A stretch of DNA of 64,000 nt from an uncultured Gammaproteobacteria bacterium (lineage in GTDB: Bacteria; Patescibacteriota; Microgenomatia; Woykebacterales; RBG-16-39-9b). Of this stretch, positions 19,733 through 30,208 are shown piece after piece (positions within the stretch are counted from its first letter, which is position 1; each line of letters opens with the position of its first letter). The stretch lies in contig CAYIWY010000006.1 in the NCBI GenBank assembly GCA_964367355.1, positions 15,968 to 79,967 of the forward strand. Reading direction: 5' to 3'. The notes below the pieces were generated by a model. The model worked only from the letters and a program-made list of their open reading frames with translations, ran no database searches and was not told the origin of the DNA. The position numbers and the translations under genes were made by a program.

Positions 19733-19936
19733 TTAGTTAGCTGGCTCTGTTGTCATAACAATCTGCCCCGGACAGTGGTCGCAGCGAAACTTTGCCTGCC
19801 GAAACAATTGTAGGGGAAGAGTTACCGGAACGAATTCGCATTTACACTGATCACAGTATGCAGAGAGAATACGAATTCGAGCTTCACTACTTTCGATTGG
19901 TTCTCCTCTTTCGTTTTCCGAATCAATGCTGTCCAA
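19733..19936 (-). CDS. Small Cys-rich protein (zinc-ribbon-like), GC-rich islet
   Basis: 67 aa; CDQCKC ... CDHCPGQ. Confidence 0.35.
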   Translation of the reverse strand: MDSIDSENERGEPIESSEARIRILSAYCDQCKCEFVPVTLPLQLFRQAKFRCDHCPGQIVMTTEPAN

Positions 19937-20370
19937 TATGGACTCTCCTTTCTATCTCCTACCTCAGAAAACCTCGTTTGAGATTTCCTCAGGAAGAGAG
20001 GCGAGAGAGTGTTTGAAGTTCTCTCGCCTCTACTTCGGTTGTTGGTGCTACGGCCAAGGTTTCTCAGGAGCGAGAACAACGTAATCGTTCGCGTCCGGGT
20101 CGAGAAAGTCCCTGATCCCGCTGAAGCACTGTATGTCGTCGTAAAGGCCTTCGTCTGAACTCCAGCCAACTTACTTCACCTTTCTCCTGAACAAACAGGA
20201 ACTAAACAACCGAATTGGAAATATTTTAGCATAAATTAAGTTAAAAGTCAATACTATAAGATATATCTTGCGTTCTTTCGAACTTAGGACGCGCTCGTAA
20301 TTATTCGAATTCCGAACAAAAATCTACGATCGTGGAATTTTGTTCTACTTATAAACGCTTGGCTGAAAGC

Positions 20371-20427
20371 TGTCATCTCGAACCCTAGGTGAGAGATCTC
20401 TCCTTGTCAGAACTCGTCGAGATGACA
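20371..20427. repeat. Nested palindromic element, copy A
   Basis: Outer arms TGTCATCTCGA/TCGAGATGACA enclosing the perfect 12-nt palindrome GAGAGATCTCTC; near-identical architecture at 51552-51607. Confidence 0.6.
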
Positions 20428-20495
20428 AAAAGATTCCGTGATAAATGACTTGGTAGTTTGACATCAGATTTAGATATAAGAGATACTGGAAACAC

Positions 20496-21326
20496 GTGCA
20501 GCGATTTTTTAGTTTGCTAAAAATCAACTCCGCTGCTGCCCTTATCCTCTCTGCCACATTTTTAGGACTTTTTGCCAAACCGGCTCGCGCTGACACGACT
20601 GGTTTTTTGAGCTTAATTAATTCCTACCGACAGCAAAACGGGGTTGGAACGCTGAGTGAAGATCAGAGTTTAACTAACTCTGCCTGCTGGTTGGCAGCAG
20701 ATTTGGATATCAACGGCTTTAGCCACACAGATTCATTGGGTCGGGATATGTCAAAAAGGCTAGCTGATTTTGGAGTTAATGTATTCGGTATCGGTGAGAA
20801 TATTTTCTATACCACTTCTGGTTCTTCTGCTAACTATGCGTTTGATGCTTGGAAAAATTCTCTTGGACACAATACCAATATGCTGGGTGGTTCCTATACT
20901 CGAATTGGTATTGGTAGGATCAATGTCTCTGGCCGCTGGTACTGGACCACTGACTTTGCTGGTGGGACAGCAAGTACATTAAATAGTCAATGTGGTTCGA
21001 CAACAAAACCTACTCCAACTCCACCGGTTGTGAAAAAAACAATTCCTACTCCAATCCCAGCGCCAATAGTAGTTCAAACTCCGCCAACCGAAGTTGTAGT
21101 CGCAACACCATCAGCCTTGGAACCAAATTTAGTTATAGCCACAAAATCAGCTTCAATTTCAGCTAAAGTTGTGAAGTTTGAAAATAATCAACCAAAAGAA
21201 CCTGCAATAAAAAGTTTGGTTAAAGGTTCATTCTTAACAATCAGTTTCGTGGGTTATTTAATTCTTTTTGGATTTATTATTTGGCAATTATTTCATCATT
21301 TCCGCTTGCCAATAACAGAACCTTAG
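20496..21326 (+). CDS. Secreted CAP (SCP/PR-1-like) domain protein with Pro/Thr-rich linker and C-terminal TM anchor
   Basis: GTG start; signal peptide; CAP motifs GHNTNML and WYWTTDFAGG; C-terminal hydrophobic segment. Confidence 0.7.
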   Translation: MQRFFSLLKINSAAALILSATFLGLFAKPARADTTGFLSLINSYRQQNGVGTLSEDQSLTNSACWLAADLDINGFSHTDSLGRDMSKRLADFGVNVFGIGENIFYTTSGSSANYAFDAWKNSLGHNTNMLGGSYTRIGIGRINVSGRWYWTTDFAGGTASTLNSQCGSTTKPTPTPPVVKKTIPTPIPAPIVVQTPPTEVVVATPSALEPNLVIATKSASISAKVVKFENNQPKEPAIKSLVKGSFLTISFVGYLILFGFIIWQLFHHFRLPITEP

Positions 21327-21566
21327 TAAGGAGTTAACTACCTGTATACGAGTATATTGGTGCTTTAATCTATTGATAAATTGAAACATAAAAATGAAAT
21401 GGAAAAAGAAAAACGACCTCTTTCGAAGTCGTATCTCTTCTTAAATTAACCTTTCTTAAGATTAACTTGAGTGAGGGGTGATCGAGCATTCGAGTTCAGA
21501 TTGAACAAGAATGTCGACGGAACCAATCGGTGTCTTTTTGAGACAGCGATCCCTCACCACTTTGTC

Positions 21567-21998
21567 TTACGACGAAGCGATGGGTTCCGGATTTTCCTGA
21601 TGCCAAAGGTCGGCGACCTCGGTGACGTACAGGCTGATGATTCGTGAAAGTTTCCTTTCAGCGTCTCGCCAGTCCAACACCTTGTCGTCGAACTTCACAC
21701 GGAGAGTCTGCGGATCGATGGTGACGTAGATGTCACGACCAACCCTCGTGTGCTCGCCGTACTCACTGCAGTCGAGGACGCGTCCGTCGTGAAACGAATT
21801 CGCCTTCGATGCGAGATCAACAAGCCCGATCCAAAGATCCAGCTCGGTGATTTGTTCCTGGCTTAGCACGACCACCTCCTTCGAACAGAGTACGAATTCA
21901 TTTGATTCACACTCTTTCTTAAGAAAACCAGCTTCCTGATTTGCTTGAGAGAGACTTCGGGTCGTGGCAAATGTTTTACATTCGCTCGCCGAAGTCAT
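21567..21998 (-). CDS. Hypothetical protein, GC-rich islet
   Basis: 143 aa ORF in a roughly 52-55% GC segment; no motif. Confidence 0.35.
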   Translation of the reverse strand: MTSASECKTFATTRSLSQANQEAGFLKKECESNEFVLCSKEVVVLSQEQITELDLWIGLVDLASKANSFHDGRVLDCSEYGEHTRVGRDIYVTIDPQTLRVKFDDKVLDWRDAERKLSRIISLYVTEVADLWHQENPEPIASS

Positions 21999-22028
21999 GC
22001 TCTTCTATTCAGTTGTCCAGGATGGAAA

Positions 22029-22235
22029 CTAGGAGTACCGAGAGGAGGGTGTCCAGGGCTCGGGTTCGGGATCTTGCGGATAAAAACCCCCATCGTCCAC
22101 GTCCCGCGAATCTCCCGATGTGTCCTCCAAGTCGTCCTCGTCTTCCCTATGGCGTTCATCGTACTCAGCATAGGCGGCTTCCGCCTCTGCGTCGTACCAC
22201 TTCGCCAACATTGACCCTAACCATGCGACTAACAT
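22029..22235 (-). CDS. Small highly acidic hypothetical protein, GC-rich islet
   Basis: 68 aa, Asp/Glu-rich; could be spurious. Confidence 0.25.
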   Translation of the reverse strand: MLVAWLGSMLAKWYDAEAEAAYAEYDERHREDEDDLEDTSGDSRDVDDGGFYPQDPEPEPWTPSSRYS

Positions 22236-22569
22236 TTCGTCCTCCTTGGACTGAAATCTGAATTCAAAGAGCTGAAAGGGTGCAAACTTGAGGCTTGTAC
22301 CCTTCCTTAAGACAACCAGCTCAAGGCTGATCTGCTTAAGGTACTTAAAAAGGCATCTGGTAACTAGAGAGAATATTAGCTTCTTGGTTAGATTCCAAGT
22401 AGCAGGCTGAGTAGATTCAATCCAGTTACTAAATGCCTTGCAATTTCTTAGTAACTATATTTAATTGTTAATACGTATAGTATAGCATACTTTTACGTGT
22501 TTGTCAAGTGCTATAGGTTAATGTCGTAATTACTCAATAGCTTTGCAACACTTTTAGACAAACAAAGTG

Positions 22570-23510
22570 GTAGGTGCCAGACTTAGGTTAGTTACAACAT
22601 TAAGAAAGGACACCTACCATGAATTACATTAGCAACCCTTATGCCCCTAAGGCAAGGAAGGAAGCAACTAATTGGGTGAAGAAAGGTTTGAATATTTCGG
22701 TTGTAGCCAGAATGTATGGGGTTAATAGAACGACTCTGTGGCGCTGGCTAAGAAAAGCTTCGAAACACTCTCGAGAGTTCATACCCACCTTACCCTCCCG
22801 ACCAAAATCTCATCCTAACCAAGTACAGGAGGAAACAATTAGAAGGTTAGTGGAACTGAGAGCCAAACTAGGCAGATGTGCACCGGTACTACACGCTCAC
22901 CTAAACTTAGAGGGGTATAAGATTAGCCTTTCTAGTGTTGGGAGAATACTGAAGAGAAAAGGCTTGACCAGAAAGAAGAAAAGAGCCAAATACTACGTTG
23001 CCTTGCCAAGACCACTTGCAGATTGTCCTGGAGCCTTGGTACAAGTGGATACCATTCACTTTGTTAAGACTAACGGCAGCCGGTTTTATGTGTACTCTTT
23101 GATAGATACCTACTCAAGGTTAGCTTACGCTGAGTACCACCCCAAGCTGAGACAGACAATAAGCCTTAAAGTTATTCAAAATGCCCAGAAGAGCTTTGGT
23201 TTTAAGTTTAGTACTGTGCAGACCGATAATGGACCAGAGTTTAAAGACTATCTGAATATAAGTTTAAGGAGAAATAAAGTCTTGCTGAGACACTCAAGAG
23301 TCAGGAAACCCAATGATAATGCTCATGTGGAGAGGTTTAATAGGACTATTCAGGAAGAGTGTTTTCAAGGCAGATTGCCTAACCAAAGAACCGCCTCTAG
23401 GCAAATAGAAGAATATTTAATATATTACAACCAAGAAAGACTACACCTAAGTCTGGGGCTGCAAACACCGACCCAATATGTTGCAAAGGTCCTGAACTAA
23501 TTACGAATGT
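22570..23510 (+). mobile_element. IS481-family insertion sequence (approximate ends)
   Basis: Single rve-type DDE transposase; terminal GCCAGAC (22575-22581) and GTCTGGC (23509-23515) form short inverted ends. Confidence 0.5.
22619..23500 (+). CDS. IS481-family DDE transposase (integrase core domain)
   Basis: N-terminal HTH; VQVDTIHF ... LIDTYSR ... TDNGPEF ... HVERFNRTIQEE. Confidence 0.85.
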   Translation: MNYISNPYAPKARKEATNWVKKGLNISVVARMYGVNRTTLWRWLRKASKHSREFIPTLPSRPKSHPNQVQEETIRRLVELRAKLGRCAPVLHAHLNLEGYKISLSSVGRILKRKGLTRKKKRAKYYVALPRPLADCPGALVQVDTIHFVKTNGSRFYVYSLIDTYSRLAYAEYHPKLRQTISLKVIQNAQKSFGFKFSTVQTDNGPEFKDYLNISLRRNKVLLRHSRVRKPNDNAHVERFNRTIQEECFQGRLPNQRTASRQIEEYLIYYNQERLHLSLGLQTPTQYVAKVLN

Positions 23511-23512
23511 CT

Positions 23513-23537
23513 GGCTCTGGTCGAGTATGTTGAAACT
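23513..23537. repeat. About 26-bp imperfect direct repeat, copy 1
   Basis: GGCTC-TGGTCGAGTATGTTGAAACT matches 25107-25135 (GGCTCGTTCTGGTCAAGTATGTTGGAACT). Confidence 0.55.
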
Positions 23538-23669
23538 TTTTACCTAGCAACCAAAGTAGAAATAGAACGATCAGAGTTTAAAGGATGCGTTTAGGAGAAA
23601 GTAGCCTAGACTTTTACAACTATCTAGTTAACAATATAGAAAGTTATTTATAAATCAAGTCTCCAACGC

Positions 23670-24974
23670 TTATTGATTAGTCTTTTCGTGACTTATTTTC
23701 CTTGGCCATAGTAAGTTGCCATTGACGTCATAGATTGGCAAGCAGCTTGATAGATTTTTTTGATAAACATGCATCATTTGATAGGCAATTTCTTCTGCCC
23801 ATTTAGAATATTGTTCTGGAAACTTGCTTGGATTAATTTTTTCTATTGTTTGTAAATCGTTAGCAACCATATCTCTTTCCTCTTGGGTAAGCCAGCCGAT
23901 TTGGTCGCGCTGCTTTTTCATATCTTCTAAAAATCGCTGTTGTTTATCAAGATTATCTTGGTCGATGCCATCCCCGCCTTTATATAAAATGATCCCTCTA
24001 AAAAATCTCGGTGCTACACGGGGTCTTAAGATATAACCATATGATGGAGTCCCTTCTGCATCAGGTTGTTCCGCATATTCCAAACGATTTAGGGTTAACC
24101 GGGGATAAAGCCATTGTAAAAGCTCTTTCTCATGTTTATCTTCTTTATCATCATCACTATTTATTTCATCGTCGCCTGGGTCTATTAACCAACCGTTTTC
24201 GTCTTCTACATAATTATCTGGTTCACTATATTTTTTGGCTTCTCCCTCGTGTAGCCTAGCTACGTCAAAAATTATGATTAATCCGTCGTGAATATTTGAG
24301 CGGCCTCCTCTTAGGTAACTTGAATCGGCGATTTTTTTTATTCCCTGCTCACCAATTATGTTAAAGTAGACGAAGGTTTGTGAAGGATCTTCTTTCATTT
24401 CTTTTTTCCATTGTGCAATAACGTCTTGTTTATCGGTACTTTTATTAATGGTACGCCTGGGCCCGACTTCGCCATGTCCTAGCAATCCGGTTTCCAGAAC
24501 AGAGTCGAGTGTTTTGGAGATTGTTAGTTTCGTAAATGCAGTTCCAGGGGTATTGATATCTCTAACTTTCCCCATTACTTTTTCTAGATCAAGTTGCGGT
24601 AATTCTGCAAGTGGGCTTTGCTGTGAAATATCTTCTGTGTCGATGTTGGCTTCCGCCAACAGTTTAGTGTTTAATGCTACTTCTGATCTGTTTGCAACAA
24701 TATCAGAGGATTGTTCGGAATGAGTGGTTTCGGTATCCCTAACCACTGTTAGCTGATCTCTTAACGCGTCTATCCGAGCTTCATCTACTTGTCTTCTTTC
24801 TTCAATTTCTTCTGGAGTTACTCCTTTAGGTGGAGGTACCGACGCTGGAACTTGATCTACTTGAGGTTTTTCTTTTGATTCGTCTTTCTTGAGTGGATCG
24901 TCTGATCCTAATTTTTCGCCTGAAATTTCATCTGGAGTTGGAGTAAAATCTTCTGCCATAAACAAACTATACAA
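23670..24974 (-). CDS. Hypothetical acidic protein (434 aa), cargo between the direct repeats
   Basis: Long ORF with no recognisable motif; Asp/Glu-rich. Confidence 0.55.
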   Translation of the reverse strand: MYSLFMAEDFTPTPDEISGEKLGSDDPLKKDESKEKPQVDQVPASVPPPKGVTPEEIEERRQVDEARIDALRDQLTVVRDTETTHSEQSSDIVANRSEVALNTKLLAEANIDTEDISQQSPLAELPQLDLEKVMGKVRDINTPGTAFTKLTISKTLDSVLETGLLGHGEVGPRRTINKSTDKQDVIAQWKKEMKEDPSQTFVYFNIIGEQGIKKIADSSYLRGGRSNIHDGLIIIFDVARLHEGEAKKYSEPDNYVEDENGWLIDPGDDEINSDDDKEDKHEKELLQWLYPRLTLNRLEYAEQPDAEGTPSYGYILRPRVAPRFFRGIILYKGGDGIDQDNLDKQQRFLEDMKKQRDQIGWLTQEERDMVANDLQTIEKINPSKFPEQYSKWAEEIAYQMMHVYQKNLSSCLPIYDVNGNLLWPRKISHEKTNQ

Positions 24975-25106
24975 TTAACTACTGCACAAGAAAAGATTTG
25001 ATTGCTTTATCAGGAGAGTAATAAATGAGGCTAACAAAAATAGTGTCAGAACTTAAAAAGCACTATTATAACAAGGTGAGTTGTTAATTTTAACGATCAA
25101 ACAATT

Positions 25107-25135
25107 GGCTCGTTCTGGTCAAGTATGTTGGAACT
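25107..25135. repeat. About 26-bp imperfect direct repeat, copy 2, abutting the polA stop codon
   Basis: See copy 1. Confidence 0.55.
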
Positions 25136-25136
25136 A

Positions 25137-27270
25137 TTAGAGGGGTTTCATCTGGCCCCAGTTTTGGCCGATTTTGGATTCAATAATCACTGGTACATCG
25201 AGTTTGAAAGTCTTCTCCATGGTTTCTTTGATTATTGGATAAATTTTGTCAACTTCTTTATCGGGCGTTTCAAAAACCAGCTCATCGTGAACTTGGAGAA
25301 TCATTTTTGTTTGGTAATCTTTAAGTTGACTGTCGAGACGAATCATCGCCGCTTTGATAATGTCAGCTGCTGTTCCCTGGACTGGCGCGTTGATTGCCAT
25401 CCGCTCCCCGGCGGCACGAAGATGATGATTGCCTTGCTTAAGTTCAATTAAATAACGGCGAAACCCACCGAGAGTTTCGACATAACCTTTAGCGTAAGCA
25501 TCGGTTAAAGTATTTTCGAGCCAAATCTTGACTCCGGAAAATTCTTCAAAGTAGCGGTCGATGATTTGTTTGGCAGTATCGTGATCAATTTTAAGTTGTT
25601 TGGCCAAACCAAAGGGAGAAATTCCGTACATAATTCCAAAATTGACAACTTTGGCGATGCGCCGATCGTCTTTAGTTACGTCTTCTGGCTTTTTATCTAA
25701 AATTTCCGCGGCAGTGCGAGTGTGAATATCTTCACCTTTTTGAAAAATTTCTGTCAAGGCTTTGTCCCCTGAGAGATGGGCCATGACTCGAAGTTCAATT
25801 TGGTTGTAATCAGCGGAAATTAATTTACTTCCAGCTGGCGCAATAAAAGCATTGCGCACCTTGATTCCCCACTCACCTTTGACGGGAATATTTTGCAAAT
25901 TGGGATTGGTGGAAGAAAGTCGGCCGGTTTTCGTCGCATCGGTGTGATAACTGGTGTGCAAACGGTTGTTAATATCAAGCAACGGTGGCAAAGCGTCAAC
26001 ATAGGTTGATTTAAGTTTAAAAAGTTCGCGATAAGATAAGAGCATCTCAATTGCAGGATGGGCGCCGGTTAACTCGATCAAAGTTTGTTCGCCAGTGCTA
26101 GCGTGTTCCTTACCCTTCTTGAAAGGAGTCAATCCAAGTTCATCAAAAAGTACGACTGAAAGTTGTTTTGGCGAATTAAGGTTGAACTCGTGGCCGATAC
26201 TTTTATAAATGTCTTTTTCTAGACCAACTATTTTTTTATCAATTTCTTTAGCCAGTTTTTCTAAATAATTTTTATCAACTAAAACGCCGCAGTTCTCCAT
26301 TTCGCGCAAAACTTTATCAAGTTCGCCCCTTTCCTGTTTGACTGGTTCGATTTGTTCTTGGCTGCCGAAAAGTTCGGTTTGATCTTCATGAATCGTAATT
26401 TTTTTATCATTAAGTTCAACATTTGGCAAACGCTTGATCAGACTCTTAAATTCCAGTTCCTCAAAAAGGTTGATCGCCTTCTGGTGATCGTAATCTGAAA
26501 GAATACATTTATTCAAATCGAGTCGGATCGGTGCGGCCGTATCAATCGTCGCTAGTTCTTTACTCATTTTGGCACTTTCAGCATCTTCCGCCAGCTTTTT
26601 ACTAATTTTTTCTGGAATTTTATCAAGGTTTTTGTAAATTTCTTCCACACTTCCAAACTCTTGAATTAGTTTGGTTGCCGTCACTTCGCCGATACCAGAT
26701 ACCCCTGGGATATTGTCAGAAGCATCACCGACTAAAGCTTTAAAATCAATCAGTTGAATCGGTTTAAAGCCGTACTTCTCTTCAAATTTTTTGCCGTCAT
26801 AAATATGAATATCACTCAAGCTTTTGCCCGGCATGTACGTCTTTATGTGGGTGTTAACCAGTTGCAGAGCATCACGATCACCAGTGACAATATCAACTTC
26901 GAGATCAACAGCTTGACGAGCTAAGGTGCCAATAATGTCATCAGCCTCGTAACCTTCCAAAACAAAGATTGGAATATTAAGTGCGTCAACAACTTCTTTA
27001 ATTCGTGGAAGTTGCTGGTGCATTTCTTCCGGCGCGGCAATGCGATGGGCTTTGTAAGCCGTGTACTGGGTATGGCGGAAAGTCGGGGCTTTTGTATCAA
27101 AGGCAACAACGGCATACTCTGGCTTGATATCATTTAAAACTCGCAGCAGCATTGAGGTAAAACCAAAGACCGCGTTCACTAGTTCCCCTTTTGAAGTTGT
27201 CAACGGCGGCATAGCGTGAAAGGCCCGGTGAAAGAGCGCGTGCCCATCGACAAGGACTAGTTTAGACATA
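25137..27270 (-). CDS. polA: DNA polymerase I, short form (5'-3' exonuclease plus polymerase, reduced 3'-5' exonuclease region)
   Basis: N-terminal LVLVDGHALFHRAFHA; polymerase motifs RRIAKVVNFGIMYG and QVHDELVFE; ATG MSKLVLV at 27270 preferred over the TTG at 27284. Confidence 0.9.
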
Positions 27271-27322
27271 ACTCTTTCTATCAAAAAAGTTTTTTCTCAT
27301 TCGAGTGGAATTTTACCTTAGT

Positions 27323-27354
27323 TTGACTCTTTTTGTAAACGAAAGTAATATAAT
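27323..27354 (+). promoter_or_regulatory. Sigma-70-like promoter for the B12-binding-domain gene
   Basis: TTGACT - 17 nt - TAATAT; GGAGA RBS before the TTG start. Confidence 0.45.
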
Positions 27355-27375
27355 TTCACAGGAAAGGAGAATACC

Positions 27376-27798
27376 TTGGTAACTCGAACCTTCACTCGGC
27401 CAATTAAGGTTGTTACGGCTGTCATGGGCTTGGATGGTCATGATCGAGGTGTCAAAGTAGCCACCCACGCTTTTGGAGACGCGGGTATGGAGACTATTTA
27501 TTTAGGAATTCGCCAAACCGCAGTTCAGGTTGCTGAAGCAGTTTTGCAGGAAGACGCCGATATTGTCGGTTTGAGCGTTCACTCCGGTAATTTTGAGATC
27601 CTTAAGCGTCTCGTCAGGGAACTAAAAATTCGCGAGGTTAATCTCGATGAGGTGCTTCTTTTAGTTGGCGGTGTCATTCCGGAAAGAGAAATTGCCGAAC
27701 TGAAAAACGCAGGCTACAACTACGTTTTTGGCCCAGGGAGTTCAACTGGAGAAATGGTTCACGTTATTAAGGAGTGGGCAAAAACACACCCAAGATAA
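27376..27798 (+). CDS. Stand-alone cobalamin (B12)-binding domain protein (mutase small-subunit-like)
   Basis: DxHxxG motif (LDGHDRGVKV) and downstream Rossmann-like GGVIP pattern of B12-binding domains; 140 aa. Confidence 0.7.
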   Translation: MVTRTFTRPIKVVTAVMGLDGHDRGVKVATHAFGDAGMETIYLGIRQTAVQVAEAVLQEDADIVGLSVHSGNFEILKRLVRELKIREVNLDEVLLLVGGVIPEREIAELKNAGYNYVFGPGSSTGEMVHVIKEWAKTHPR

Positions 27799-27853
27799 TA
27801 CTCAAGTTACTGCTCAACCCTGAAATTTAGGAATCTAAAGGTGTTTCTTAATC

Positions 27854-29725
27854 TTAAGAAGCACCTTTTTCTTTTGGAGAAATTGATTCTTTAACTTGGT
27901 GTAGAGCTTCGCCTTTACTCATTAAGTCTTCAAATTCGTCACCTTCGAGGGTTTCTTTTTTGATTAGTTCTGATGCTACCAAGTCCAACTTTTCTTTGTT
28001 TTCACGAAGAATTTTCTTGGCTAGTTCAAATTGTCTATCCATTATTTTCTTAACTTCTTCGTCAACTTTTGCAGCTAACTCTTCTGACAAGGCTCGACCC
28101 TCCCCAATCTCTTTAGCAATCCAAGGATTTTCACCTTGAGTTCCCATCGTCATTGGTCCCAGTGGACTCATACCAAATTTGGTCACCATATTTCGAGCAA
28201 TACTAGTTGCTCTCTCAATATCACTGGAGGCCCCAACTGTAAAATCAGAAAACTCAATTTCTTCAGCCGCTCGACCTCCTAAAAGGGAAGCTATGATTTC
28301 CAAGAGTCTGGTCTTAGTTTCATTGTACCGATCAAATGCTGGTGGTATCAACGTGTGACCACCGGTTGCCCCACGAGAGATGATTGAGATTCGATGAACC
28401 GGATCGGTGTGGGGTAATACTTTAGTAACAACTGCATGTCCAGCTTCATGATAGGCAGTAATCCGCTTCTCTTCGTCGCTAGTCATTCGTTTTCTTTGGG
28501 GACCGAGTTGAACTTTTGTCGCTGCTTCTTCGAGCGCTTCATTGTCGATTGCTTTTTTGTTTACACGAGCAGCTAAAATAGCGGCTTCGTTTAACATATT
28601 GGCAAGATCGGCCCCAGAAAAACCAACTGTCCGACGGGCAATTTTATCAAGATCAACTTCAGTGGACATCGGCTTGCCTTTGGAATGAATATCAATAACT
28701 GCTCGGCGCCCGGTAATATCGGGTAAGTCCAAAGAAACCCTGCGGTCAAAACGGCCCGGCCGAACCAAAGCAGGGTCAAGCATATCGGGTCGGTTGGTTG
28801 CGGCCATAACAATCACGTTTGCATTGGCTTCAAAACCATCCATTTCCACCAAAATTTGGTTTAAGGTTTGCTCACGCTCGTCGTGTCCGCCGCCAATTCC
28901 CAAACCACGCTGTCTCCCGATGGAATCAATTTCATCAATAAAAATTATTGAAGGAGCAACTTTCTTGGCATTATCAAATAAATCCCGCACACGAGACGCC
29001 CCGACTCCAACCAACATCTCCATAAACTCGGATCCGGCAATTGAAACAAAAGGAACATTAGCTTCACCGGCAACTGCTCTAGCAAGTAATGTCTTTCCAA
29101 CTCCGGAAGGACCAACTAACAAAACTCCTTTGGGAATTTTTGCTCCCAATGCCCGAAACTTTTCTGGGGTCTTAAGAAACTGAACCACCTCTTCCAGTTC
29201 AATTTTAGCTTCATCGACACCAGCAACATCAGAAAACTTTACAACCGTTTTATCTTTGGTAAAGGTTTTAGCTCGGCTGCGGGAAAAAGATAACAAACTG
29301 TCACCTTGCCCTTTTGCCTGACGGAAAAAGAAATAAAAAATCCCGACCAGTAGTATTATTGGCAAAAACAGATTCAAAAGTCCGAAAATTGTCTTACTTG
29401 CGGAATTATCTTTTACAGTTACTGTTGTCCCTCCGGTTTTGATGTTGTTTTGGCTTAAAATCTCAAAAAAACTTTTACCTTCTTCTTTAGTTGCTTTTTG
29501 TTCTTTACCGTCGTTGAGTTTGACGTAGATCGTATCACCGTCAACTGTTACTTCTTTAGCTTTACCATCATTGATTGTTTTTAAAACTTCAGAAAGCGAT
29601 TTATTTTGACCACTATATTTTGGGGCTGAAAAACCAAAAACAAGAAACGCCGCGGCAAGAATTATCAATAGATAAAATCCTAATGATTTAAAAAAACTCT
29701 TTTGCTCCTTTTTTTGTGGTTTCAT
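27854..29725 (-). CDS. ftsH: ATP-dependent zinc metalloprotease FtsH
   Basis: Two N-terminal TMs; AAA Walker A GPSGVGKT; zinc site HEAGHAV. Confidence 0.9.
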   Translation of the reverse strand: MKPQKKEQKSFFKSLGFYLLIILAAAFLVFGFSAPKYSGQNKSLSEVLKTINDGKAKEVTVDGDTIYVKLNDGKEQKATKEEGKSFFEILSQNNIKTGGTTVTVKDNSASKTIFGLLNLFLPIILLVGIFYFFFRQAKGQGDSLLSFSRSRAKTFTKDKTVVKFSDVAGVDEAKIELEEVVQFLKTPEKFRALGAKIPKGVLLVGPSGVGKTLLARAVAGEANVPFVSIAGSEFMEMLVGVGASRVRDLFDNAKKVAPSIIFIDEIDSIGRQRGLGIGGGHDEREQTLNQILVEMDGFEANANVIVMAATNRPDMLDPALVRPGRFDRRVSLDLPDITGRRAVIDIHSKGKPMSTEVDLDKIARRTVGFSGADLANMLNEAAILAARVNKKAIDNEALEEAATKVQLGPQRKRMTSDEEKRITAYHEAGHAVVTKVLPHTDPVHRISIISRGATGGHTLIPPAFDRYNETKTRLLEIIASLLGGRAAEEIEFSDFTVGASSDIERATSIARNMVTKFGMSPLGPMTMGTQGENPWIAKEIGEGRALSEELAAKVDEEVKKIMDRQFELAKKILRENKEKLDLVASELIKKETLEGDEFEDLMSKGEALHQVKESISPKEKGAS

Positions 29726-29855
29726 GGGTTGAATATTTCCTGGGCAGAAACGAACTTAAATATAACTGAGCGATTACTTTCAGTTTCTGAATGCAAGAGC
29801 GACGTAATCGAAAGCGATTATACCATGTGCTTAAAGCTGGGGGCAACGGATCACT

Positions 29856-30206
29856 TTAACGTACTAAAGTCCCAGGATTTACTTCTTGATTAGGCTCAAG
29901 CAAAATTGCATGGCCTTCAACATCTGCAGCTAGTATCATTCCTTGGCTTTCCAAACCCATGATCTGCCGTGATTCAAGATTTGTAATAAACACAAAACTC
30001 TTGTCTACCAGAGATTCTGAATCATAGTCGTTGGCAATACCAGAAACTATTTGTCGCCTTCCCAGTCCTGAGCTCGTCGAAGGATCTCCGAAATCTACTT
30101 CTAACTTTAAAAGTTTGTCAGATTTCTCTATTTTTTCTGCCGCTACAATTTTTCCAATCTTAATTTCAATTTTTTTAAAGTCTTCAAAAGAAATTTTATC
30201 TATCAT
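29856..30206 (-). CDS. tRNA-binding domain protein (CsaA/EMAP/MetG-C-like)
   Basis: KIEIKIGKIVAAEKIEKSDKLLKLEVDFGD motif. Confidence 0.75.
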   Translation of the reverse strand: MIDKISFEDFKKIEIKIGKIVAAEKIEKSDKLLKLEVDFGDPSTSSGLGRRQIVSGIANDYDSESLVDKSFVFITNLESRQIMGLESQGMILAADVEGHAILLEPNQEVNPGTLVR

Positions 30207-30208
30207 AT

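Noticed and set aside
19822-20169. 115-aa low-complexity ORF (MAGVQTKAFTTTYSAS...)
   Set aside because: Alternative-start ORF with low-complexity composition and no signals, overlapping the more plausible Cys-rich ORF. Another frame gives only a 33-codon fragment.
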